Below the pieces are notes generated by a model. The model was not told where the DNA came from. It did no database searches and saw nothing but the letters and a program-made list of their open reading frames with translations. From the NCBI GenBank assembly GCA_023423335.1, contig JAFAFU010000030.1, positions 94,883 to 158,882 of the forward strand: 64,000 nt of DNA. Direction: 5' to 3'. This DNA comes from Bacillota bacterium. Its GTDB lineage: Bacteria; Bacillota; Clostridia; Lachnospirales; Lachnospiraceae. This document shows positions 9,665 to 18,440 of the stretch, in pieces; within the stretch, counting starts at the first letter, position 1, and every line of letters begins with the position of its first letter. Made by a program: the position numbers and the translations under genes.

Positions 9665-10372
9665 TTATTCCTGCTCTTCTTCATCGAAAAACATTTCCAG
9701 AAGCTTCAGGTAATCATTATAAGAGAAAATAGCATCCAATGCATCCGTAATCCCCGATGCTTTCCTGGTCTGCTCAGAGGGTGCAATATGCCAGCTGAGA
9801 ACAGGTGCTATCTTGGAAGATGCCTGGGCAGCACTGATATTATTCAGGCTGGCCTTATTTACCGTTATACTGCCGGCCTCCAGATTCTGTTCCATGTATT
9901 TTGTCACCTTCACCACATAATTCTGAGTTTCTTCAAAAGGAGGAATTCCACCGTATTTCTTCACATTATTCATACCGGCATTATAAGCTGCCAGAGCCAG
10001 GCTGGTGTCGCCGTCGTATTTGTCCAGAAGCTCGGCAATGTACTTGGCGCCGCCCATGATATTCTGCTCCGGATCAAAAGAATCCTTTACCCCCAGATAT
10101 TCGGCCGTCTTAGGCATCAGCTGCATAATTCCCTGAGCTCCGCTTCTGGACACTGCATCCGCCCGGAAGTCAGATTCTGCTTTTCCGATCGCCTTTAACA
10201 GCTCTGGCGAAACATTATATTTTACGGCCGCCTCTTCAAAAATCTGATCCAGATCCTTCTTCTCTTCCATATAGGCGGAAAAGGAAGGGTTATCCTTGTT
10301 TCCGGTTTTTAATGCTTTTACGGAATTTACATTACCTGCTGCAGAGTTAGCAATTCGATTGATTTCTGACAT
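9665..10372 (-). CDS. Lytic transglycosylase (SLT domain)
   Basis: AESDF...AVSRSGAQGIMQLMP...ALAAYNAG...ETQNYV motifs; start MSEINR after GGAGG. Confidence 0.9.
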   Translation of the reverse strand: MSEINRIANSAAGNVNSVKALKTGNKDNPSFSAYMEEKKDLDQIFEEAAVKYNVSPELLKAIGKAESDFRADAVSRSGAQGIMQLMPKTAEYLGVKDSFDPEQNIMGGAKYIAELLDKYDGDTSLALAAYNAGMNNVKKYGGIPPFEETQNYVVKVTKYMEQNLEAGSITVNKASLNNISAAQASSKIAPVLSWHIAPSEQTRKASGITDALDAIFSYNDYLKLLEMFFDEEEQE

Positions 10373-10527
10373 CTTTTCCTCCATTATGGCGCTTTGCGCC
10401 ATCACAAAATCTGATGAAAGAAGCCGCTTTGCGGGTTCTTTCCGAGTGAAAGGATTTTTCTTTCACTCTTTCCTCCTTTGTTCCTAAGGCCTTTCGGCAT
10501 CACAAATTGACTGAAACATATGATGGG

Positions 10528-11517
10528 TTACAGCAGCTGCGCCCTTAATTCTTCCCCGGTTTTCATGGATAAAGAGGCCGGCGCTATGTCAAATACGGTC
10601 TTAGCTCCAAAACCGCCTTCCTTTCCCAGACGATAAGCCGCTCTGGCATATGCGATCAGAACATTGGCCGTAAAGTCCGGATTGGAATCAAGCTTTAAGC
10701 TGTACTCAATGATATGGGAGTTCTCCAGGTCTTTCCCGGTCCTTCCGCTCTGGAATACAAATCCGCCGTGGGGCATGGCACTATGCTTTTCATCCAGTTC
10801 CTTCCCGGAGATAAAATGTACCGAAGTATCATAAGCATCGAAATAATTGGGCATTGACTTTATTTCTCTTTCAATGCGGTGAAGATCCGCCCCCTCCTCA
10901 GCAACAACGTAGCATTCTCTGATGTGCTTGTCCCTGGCAGTAAACTCAGGCATTCCGCCCTTCCTGACCTGCTCCATGGCAGCTTCCACAGGTATGGTGT
11001 ATTGCTTTGCGTCAATCACACCCGGAACTCTCCGGATTGCATCGGAATGACCCTGACTGACTCCCTTACCCCAGAAGGTATAGCTCTTTCCCTCCGGCAG
11101 AATAGCCTCCGCATATAAACGGTTCAGGGAGAACATACCCGGGTCCCAGCCGCTGGATATGATGCATACCTTCCCGGCAGTCTTCGCCGCCTTGTCAACC
11201 TCAGCATAATATTCCGGTATCCTGGCATGGGTGTCAAAACCATCCACCGTATGGAACAGCTCTGCAAACTGCGGTCCCTGTACCGGAAGGTCCGTCATGC
11301 TTCCGCCGCAGAGCAGCATCACATCAATCTGCTCCGTCATAGCGACTGCTGCTTCTATGGAATAGACTTTTACGCCCTGTGTTGCTGCCTTTACCGCAGA
11401 AGGATTGCGTCTGGTAAATATTCCTGCCAGCTCCATGTCCTGATTCTGTCTTATGCCAAGCTCAGCGCTTTTTCCCAGATTACCATAACCTGCAATACCA
11501 ATTCTCATCTTTGACAT
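10528..11517 (-). CDS. ddh: meso-diaminopimelate D-dehydrogenase
   Basis: GYGNLG, LCGGS.TDLP, FDTHA, GWDPG and GVSQGHSDA motifs. Confidence 0.93.
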   Translation of the reverse strand: MSKMRIGIAGYGNLGKSAELGIRQNQDMELAGIFTRRNPSAVKAATQGVKVYSIEAAVAMTEQIDVMLLCGGSMTDLPVQGPQFAELFHTVDGFDTHARIPEYYAEVDKAAKTAGKVCIISSGWDPGMFSLNRLYAEAILPEGKSYTFWGKGVSQGHSDAIRRVPGVIDAKQYTIPVEAAMEQVRKGGMPEFTARDKHIRECYVVAEEGADLHRIEREIKSMPNYFDAYDTSVHFISGKELDEKHSAMPHGGFVFQSGRTGKDLENSHIIEYSLKLDSNPDFTANVLIAYARAAYRLGKEGGFGAKTVFDIAPASLSMKTGEELRAQLL

Positions 11518-11645
11518 CAGCATACCTCGACCCTTACTTAATCCAGATGTTTTTCTGTATTATAACACAATTTATGACAACATACAAAATAAAACTTAGT
11601 CCTAACGTTACTGCTTTTACAGTAACGCGGTATTTCCTGCCTGAC

Positions 11646-11674
11646 AAAAAAGGTGCGGCCATCGGCCGCACCTT
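11646..11674 (-). terminator. Intrinsic terminator after ilvC
   Basis: AAGGTGCGGCC/GGCCGCACCTT stem plus T-run. Confidence 0.75.
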
Positions 11675-11691
11675 GAAACTCCCAGACAGGA

Positions 11692-12723
<1,032 letters not shown>

Positions 12724-12776
12724 TTAAGGAGATTCATTCTCCATCCATATTTTACAGGGAAGCTTTTCCCTAATAA

Positions 12777-13280
12777 CTACTCGTCGAAGTCGGCAATATC
12801 GCCGGAGCCTCTGGTAAGTCCTGTAATTCCGGTCCGAACCAGCTCCTTGATGGTATATTGCTCCAGCAGCTTAATGAATGCATTGATCTTATCCTGATTG
12901 CCTGTCAGCTCAATCATCAGAGATTCCAATGCAACATCTACAATCTTGGCACGGAAGATATCTGCTACGGCAATAATAGCCTGACGATCCTTTTCCGATG
13001 CGCCTACCTTCACCAATATCAGCTCTCTGGTAACAGAATCTCCCGGAACCAGTTCCAGTATCTCAATTACATCCTCAAGCTTCTGTACCTGCTTTCTGAT
13101 CTGTTCCAGTATCTGGTCATCTCCGTGAGCTAATACGGTCATTCTTGAGATGGCAGGATTCTGTGTCTCGCCAACCGTCAGGCTGTCAATATTATAGCCT
13201 CTTCTGCTGAAAAGACCAGCTACACGGCTTAATACGCCGGCTGTATTATCCACCAGGATTGATAGCACCATTCTCTTCAT
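12777..13280 (-). CDS. ilvN: Acetolactate synthase small subunit
   Basis: ACT domain GVLSRVAGLFSRRGYNIDSL; RELILVKV; ELVRTG. Confidence 0.95.
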   Translation of the reverse strand: MKRMVLSILVDNTAGVLSRVAGLFSRRGYNIDSLTVGETQNPAISRMTVLAHGDDQILEQIRKQVQKLEDVIEILELVPGDSVTRELILVKVGASEKDRQAIIAVADIFRAKIVDVALESLMIELTGNQDKINAFIKLLEQYTIKELVRTGITGLTRGSGDIADFDE

Positions 13281-13422
13281 AGCATTCCCTCTCTTTCTAT
13301 GTAGTAAAGCCTAAGCAGCATTCCGTATATACCAACAGTTATAAGAATAGCCCGACACCACAGGACACTCTGCAATGGGGCTACGCTGTTGTATAAAAAG
13401 TAAGTTTATTAGATTTTAAGTT

Positions 13423-13451
13423 ATTGTAACAACATCAAATCTATTTGTCAA
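13423..13451 (-). promoter_or_regulatory. SigA-type promoter of ilvN-ilvC
   Basis: TTGACA-N17-TACAAT on the minus strand. Confidence 0.7.
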
Positions 13452-13525
13452 GTACTGATATCAAGCTAGTTTTACAAATGATCCGATATATGTCTGCGTT
13501 ACCGTGTGTGCATAAAAATGCAGAT

Positions 13526-14455
13526 CTATATAATAAACAATAGACCAAGATTTCTGATACAGCCAGTCTTTAAATAGCCTCCTCTAAGCAGAATCATCCG
13601 CTTCTTCATAAAGCCGGCATGCTGCAAATCAGCAAATTCACGTATAATTTTCAGCTGCTCCCCGGGGATAAATTCACTGTATAATCCGGCAAATTCCTCT
13701 GCCTGCTTAAAAAGTGCATGAACTGCCTCCCTCTGCTTTTGTAAGGAAGTAATCCGGTCGGTGATATAAGACAGGAAATTACGGTTTCCGACTGCATTAT
13801 TGCCATGCTGGCGATACAGCAGTGTCTGCTGCGGCAAAAAACCGATTCTCCCGCAGGAGGCCGCAATCAGTGCAATCCACCAGTCATGATATCTTGCCTG
13901 TTCGGGAAGCTTCCTGCTCTGTATCGTCCTTCGGAGTGCGGCATTGATCATTACGGTACAGCCGATTAATTTATTTTCCATAAGGATATGCGGGAGATCC
14001 GTTTTTTCAGGGTTTAACCTTCCGGCCTTGAAAAAGGAAGGGCAAATCTCCGTAAGCTCTCCGTCAACCACTGTAGCATCCGTAAACACAGCAATCGGCA
14101 GCTCCTTGCCTAACTGTGCTTCCATGTGCCTCATTCTCTTAAGGGTATCCCCTATCTTATTTGACTTCCACACATCATCCTGGTCACACAGCATGATATA
14201 ATCCGCCGTAGTATTACATACTCCATGGAGGAAATTCAGGGTATAGCCTAAGTTGGCCTCATTCCGGGACACATGGATTATATCGGGATATTCACCGCAA
14301 TACCTGTTCAGTATATCCATCGTATGGTCCGATGACCGGTCATCACGGATATACAGATCAATATCCTTATACGTGGAGGACAGGACAGAATCCATCTGTT
14401 CCGCTACATATTTTTCACCATTATAGGTTGACATTACTATGGATACCCTGCTCAT
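13526..14455 (-). CDS. GT2 glycosyltransferase (rhamnosyltransferase-like)
   Basis: STYNGEKY, RDD.SSD, CDQDDVW, HDWW and YRQHGNN; start reassigned to MSRVSIV. Confidence 0.85.
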   Translation of the reverse strand: MSRVSIVMSTYNGEKYVAEQMDSVLSSTYKDIDLYIRDDRSSDHTMDILNRYCGEYPDIIHVSRNEANLGYTLNFLHGVCNTTADYIMLCDQDDVWKSNKIGDTLKRMRHMEAQLGKELPIAVFTDATVVDGELTEICPSFFKAGRLNPEKTDLPHILMENKLIGCTVMINAALRRTIQSRKLPEQARYHDWWIALIAASCGRIGFLPQQTLLYRQHGNNAVGNRNFLSYITDRITSLQKQREAVHALFKQAEEFAGLYSEFIPGEQLKIIREFADLQHAGFMKKRMILLRGGYLKTGCIRNLGLLFII

Positions 14456-14544
14456 AATCAGATGCTCCTTTAAGCTGTTATAAACCAGTACAAATTTCTC
14501 GAAATACCTGCATAAATTTCTGAGGACGATTTGCACGGGTAATT

Positions 14545-15540
14545 TCAAAACATTGTACTGGTATTTTCCCAATAGCCTTTATTCATACTGAAACGGACTA
14601 CAAGATGGTAGGGCAATTTTCTATAATTGACACCCATCAGATAGCCCAGGTATTTAAACCCGGAATTCAGAATTAGGTCCGGAATCAGCAGGTACTGCTT
14701 GCGGTCAATCAGATGCTTCATCGTCTGCTTCACCAGCTTAATTCCCTCCGACTCGGATTTCACACTCTGAAAATATTCCTCATATTCCTTATGGGATACT
14801 CCCAGGTCAAAATTCCTGGTAAACTGCTGGAGATAGGAATAACGATGGGAATGTATCACTTTTGCTTCTGCATTATATACGATCTTGTACCCGGCGCCAA
14901 TGATATGGAAGGCCAGAATCATATCCTCATTAAAAATAGTCCTGTCTACAAAACCGCCAAGCCTTCGGTAAATCGTATTACGATAGGTGGCACAGACATT
15001 GGAGCAGAAAAATGTCTTAATTCCCAACTCCCCGATATCTTCGGAGGATTTTATCCTGCTCTTCTTCGGGTAATTGAAAGCTCTGGTGTAGCGCTCCAGA
15101 ATATCAGAAGCCTCTCCCGGAAGCTGTCTTGCATAGGTTGCGGCTACCGAATCATTTTGATAGGGCTTTACCAGCTCCTCTATCAGATATTCATCCTCCG
15201 GTATGGCGTCCTGCGTCATGAACATCAGGATATCTGCCTCCGACATTGATGCGCCGAACTTTCTGGTTCCGCCATGATCAAAAGTCTTCTTCTCAATTGG
15301 GAAGATTACCGTTTTAATCTCTCCGGCTGCGGGTAAGGCCAGGGTGTCCCCCTGATTATCTATGGTATGAAGAATCAGGATGCGATCCGGCTTCTTGGTC
15401 TGACGGCTTAACATGGATAACAGCTTGTCCAGCTTTTTATCCGGATGGTAAACCGGTATGATGACATCGACGGAATAGGACTCCCGGCCGGTATCTTTAT
15501 CGATGAGTGAACTGCTTACGGTGGGATGATTGTTTTTCAT
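14545..15540 (-). CDS. GT2 glycosyltransferase (rhamnosyltransferase-like)
   Basis: FDHGGTR, MTQDA, YARQLP, FCSNVCA.Y, NEDM and HSH; start at ATG 15540 after GGAGG. Confidence 0.85.
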   Translation of the reverse strand: MKNNHPTVSSSLIDKDTGRESYSVDVIIPVYHPDKKLDKLLSMLSRQTKKPDRILILHTIDNQGDTLALPAAGEIKTVIFPIEKKTFDHGGTRKFGASMSEADILMFMTQDAIPEDEYLIEELVKPYQNDSVAATYARQLPGEASDILERYTRAFNYPKKSRIKSSEDIGELGIKTFFCSNVCATYRNTIYRRLGGFVDRTIFNEDMILAFHIIGAGYKIVYNAEAKVIHSHRYSYLQQFTRNFDLGVSHKEYEEYFQSVKSESEGIKLVKQTMKHLIDRKQYLLIPDLILNSGFKYLGYLMGVNYRKLPYHLVVRFSMNKGYWENTSTMF

Positions 15541-15588
15541 ATTAATCCTCCATGCTGCCGATGCCCGGTAATTTGGGCTCCAGCACAA
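15541..15588 (-). repeat. 48-nt hairpin+SD dispersed module, copy 1
   Basis: 40/48 nt identical, ungapped, to 53829-53876; abuts the ATG. Confidence 0.85.
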
Positions 15589-15610
15589 TATTTGATTAAG
15601 ATTGTAGTAT

Positions 15611-15837
15611 GGCGGGTTAATGAGCCAGGTGATTTCGTCATATACGCGAATGTTTTCTTTCGCGCTTCTCACTGCTGCGCAATCCGCCACTTTACGGCGG
15701 ATTAATGAGCTCAATGACTTCGTCATACGCGCGAATGCTTTCTTTCGCGCTTCTCACTGCTGCGCTTATCGCTGAAAATAACACCCTCTATTCGAGCAAG
15801 CTCGATAGTAGGTGTTATTTTCAGCGATTAATCCGCC
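15611..15837. repeat. Tandem MITE/REP-like palindromic elements
   Basis: 70-nt direct repeat 15611-15680 / 15696-15765 (61/70 identical). Terminal inverted repeat GGCGGATTAAT/ATTAATCCGCC. 18-bp perfect inner stem 15768-15785 / 15811-15828. Confidence 0.8.
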
Positions 15838-15901
15838 TACCGTGAACATTATAACATATTTGTGGGGTTTGTGAATGGGCTATTGGTATTTTATGCTTAT
15901 A

Positions 15902-17473
15902 TTATTCCCTGTTTATTGGATATTTTACGACACTTTCAGCAGCCAAATAATTAGATAGATTAAATCCACGGATTCCCATTCCTTTCTTTCGATTAATAAT
16001 ATCATCATAATACGATCGGATATCATACTTCGTATATAAATAGGCTTCATGATACGGATTATATTCCCCTGAACTTTCCCGCAAACCTTCGTAACTGCTT
16101 TGCAAAACGGGCAGTACTTCTGCCGCCGCATCAAAGGACAGCTCCTTTGTCAAAAAGCCCAGATCCAGTTCAGCCCTCTCGGTATGACTGATATAATAAG
16201 AGGCTATATAGGCGTCCGGTTTACTGAAGGAAAACAGCAGATAACATACGGATATTACCGTGACACAGTATCCAAACAGCGGAAAGTCCTTCCGGTAAAC
16301 TGAAATGAGAATCCCTGCCAATATGAGAGTATCAATAAACAGAAACAGCAGGACGAACAGCCGTAAAAAAGTCAGATGATATTCCCCGATATAGAGCAGC
16401 ATCCGGTATGCGGAGGAGGCAATCATGATATAGGTGCATGCGGTTATCCCTGTCATAAGTGCTTTTAGCAGCCTATGCTCCCGAAATACATTCATGCAGA
16501 TCAGGATTAGGAGGAGGTTGAAACAGGTTACCGTCAGCAACTCGAAAAATCCCCTCCTTGCATATTGTGCATAAGTAAATTCTGCCGGAAGCTCAAACCA
16601 CCCTTCCGTAAAAAGATATGCAACCTGTATTCCACAGAATAACAGATAGACCGCCAGCAAAAGCGCGATTACTGTAATCGCTATTACCGGATCCGCTTTC
16701 GCACACTCCTTCGTTCTTCCGACTGCCACATCCGCTGCCCCGCAAAGAATACAATAGCAGGCGACAAAGCCCAGGACAATCAGCATCAGCACCGGAATAA
16801 TTTCATTTGAAAAAACGATAGTAAATGCCCTCGAAGTAATCTTACCGAATACCAAGTCGGCACTGGATAATAATAAAGTACTGACTAAGAGTAACGGCAA
16901 TGCAATTATGCTTCCGATCAATATATTTCGGAATTTGTCATTCTTAAAAGCCCTTGTTTCCTTCAGAAAACGGTTACCGTCAATAAAAGGAAATCCGATG
17001 GCCGCTATGCAATAAAAGGGGAAAGAGAAAATCTTCGCCAGCATACCGGCAAAATCCCGGCTCTCCTTCCCAAATTGCAGTACTAGGGACAGCTCCAGCA
17101 GCAGGAGTATACCGCATATATTCAGAAAATGTAAGGTTGGGCTTGCTGTCAGCATACCGGATATTCCCAGCAGAAGGGTACCCAAATAGCAGGCAACTGC
17201 CTCTTTTTTCACCGGTATTCCCAGTTTCTTTGATGAAACAGCCAGCAGGATTACCATGACAAGGGAAAACAGAAATAAATTCAAGCCGATACCCGCTCTG
17301 TAAAAGAACATGGTGAGGGTTCCGCCGAAAATCAGGCTGATGCTGCCGAATATTCTATAATTTTGACGTACTTTATTAAGCAGGGGGGATTTCACATCCT
17401 CGACGAGGAGCTCCGTCTCTGCGGCTCTGGTTTCCTTTCCTGTTTCAGAAAGGACATTATTTTGTTGTGACAT
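15902..17473 (-). CDS. DUF4153/DUF4173-type polytopic membrane protein
   Basis: LLLSSADLVF, YAQYARRGFFELL and RMLLYI..YHLTFLR; many TM segments. Confidence 0.8.
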   Translation of the reverse strand: MSQQNNVLSETGKETRAAETELLVEDVKSPLLNKVRQNYRIFGSISLIFGGTLTMFFYRAGIGLNLFLFSLVMVILLAVSSKKLGIPVKKEAVACYLGTLLLGISGMLTASPTLHFLNICGILLLLELSLVLQFGKESRDFAGMLAKIFSFPFYCIAAIGFPFIDGNRFLKETRAFKNDKFRNILIGSIIALPLLLVSTLLLSSADLVFGKITSRAFTIVFSNEIIPVLMLIVLGFVACYCILCGAADVAVGRTKECAKADPVIAITVIALLLAVYLLFCGIQVAYLFTEGWFELPAEFTYAQYARRGFFELLTVTCFNLLLILICMNVFREHRLLKALMTGITACTYIMIASSAYRMLLYIGEYHLTFLRLFVLLFLFIDTLILAGILISVYRKDFPLFGYCVTVISVCYLLFSFSKPDAYIASYYISHTERAELDLGFLTKELSFDAAAEVLPVLQSSYEGLRESSGEYNPYHEAYLYTKYDIRSYYDDIINRKKGMGIRGFNLSNYLAAESVVKYPINRE

Positions 17474-17509
17474 AATATAAAAGACCTCCTTTTATGCTTT
17501 CATACAAAA

Positions 17510-17719
17510 CTAATCTTCGTCTCTGACATATTCCAGAATATCTCCCGGCTGACAATTCAGTGCCTTACAGATGGCCTCCAGAGTCTGGAACCGGACTGCT
17601 TTGGCCTTATTGTTCTTAAGGATAGAGAGGTTTGCCAGGGTGATATCCACTTGCTCTGCCAGCTCAGTAAGGCCAATTTTCCTTTGTGCCATTACCACAT
17701 CCAAATTTACTACAATCAT
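17510..17719 (-). CDS. Cro/C1-type HTH regulator (YozG-like)
   Basis: TLANLSILKNNKAKAVRFQTLEAICKALNCQPGDILEY. Confidence 0.9.
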   Translation of the reverse strand: MIVVNLDVVMAQRKIGLTELAEQVDITLANLSILKNNKAKAVRFQTLEAICKALNCQPGDILEYVRDED

Positions 17720-17733
17720 CCTTGGTACCTCCT

Positions 17734-18183
17734 CTATATGGTCAGATCATTCTCTTGTTTAAAAGTCACTGCCTCATCAAATACCTGTGACAGTACCAGA
17801 GAGAATAATCCCGCTACCAAAAACACTGCGATAAGTACCAGAGTCGCCGGAGTTATCACAAATACCAGCTTCGCTGACATGAGAAGGGCAATGATGAATG
17901 CACAATTACCCATCCGTTTAAGCGATCTGACATTCTCCCTTACAAACGGATCCGCCTTTACCACCGTCCGGAACATACTCCTTAGTTCCCGGATGATCCA
18001 CAGGGCAAATACTCCGGACACCATGAAGATGATACAGAAAGGAGCATAATACTTACTAAAAATGCTATAATACCTTCCCGCCAGCCGGAACAGCCAGGGA
18101 ACTCCGGCTGCAATTGCCACTCCGCTGAAAAACATAAAATCCAAAAGCCACTTTGTAATAAGCACTAACGGTGTTTTCTTCAT
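17734..18183 (-). CDS. DUF2975 membrane protein
   Basis: PF..ENVRSLK and C-terminal VFDEAVTFKQENDLTI; directly upstream of the HTH gene. Confidence 0.88.
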   Translation of the reverse strand: MKKTPLVLITKWLLDFMFFSGVAIAAGVPWLFRLAGRYYSIFSKYYAPFCIIFMVSGVFALWIIRELRSMFRTVVKADPFVRENVRSLKRMGNCAFIIALLMSAKLVFVITPATLVLIAVFLVAGLFSLVLSQVFDEAVTFKQENDLTI

Positions 18184-18231
18184 CCTAATCCTCCATACCG
18201 CCGATACCCGCGAACCCCGGCATCAGCACAA
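18184..18231 (-). repeat. 48-nt hairpin+SD dispersed module, copy 2
   Basis: 39/48 nt identical, ungapped, to 53829-53876; abuts the DUF2975 ATG. Confidence 0.8.
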
Positions 18232-18286
18232 TTGTCTGCGGCCCTGATTCATCCTCCGGGCACAGCGCCGCTTATCCTTTGAACTG

Positions 18287-18354
18287 AATATATCACATCA
18301 AAAAATGAAAGTCAATAATAATTTATTGTTTTACAATAAATTATTATTGACTTT
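18287..18354 (-). promoter_or_regulatory. Promoter and palindromic operator of the DUF2975-HTH-DUF4153 operon
   Basis: TTGACT-N17-TATATT with extended TG; the -35 lies inside a palindrome with 22-bp perfect arms (18308-18354). Confidence 0.7.
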
Positions 18355-18440
18355 TGATATATATTCTTTATTCATATTCCGGAAATTCTGATCCTTAAAC
18401 CCGCTGACTTTATCATTAAAAACGTTAAAAAGCAATGATA

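Noticed and set aside
10373..10510. c-di-GMP-I riboswitch before SLT
   Set aside because: GAAA and GCAAA loops are present, but the two-stem GEMM arrangement is not matched.
15541..15726. N-terminal extensions in the ORF track (GT2, ABC-F, antiporter, MATE, isomerase, mtnA)
   Set aside because: They run through repeats, leaders or riboswitches; downstream starts have better RBSs and family-typical N-termini.
15611..15837. CRISPR array
   Set aside because: Only two 70-nt units, no regular spacers and no cas genes.
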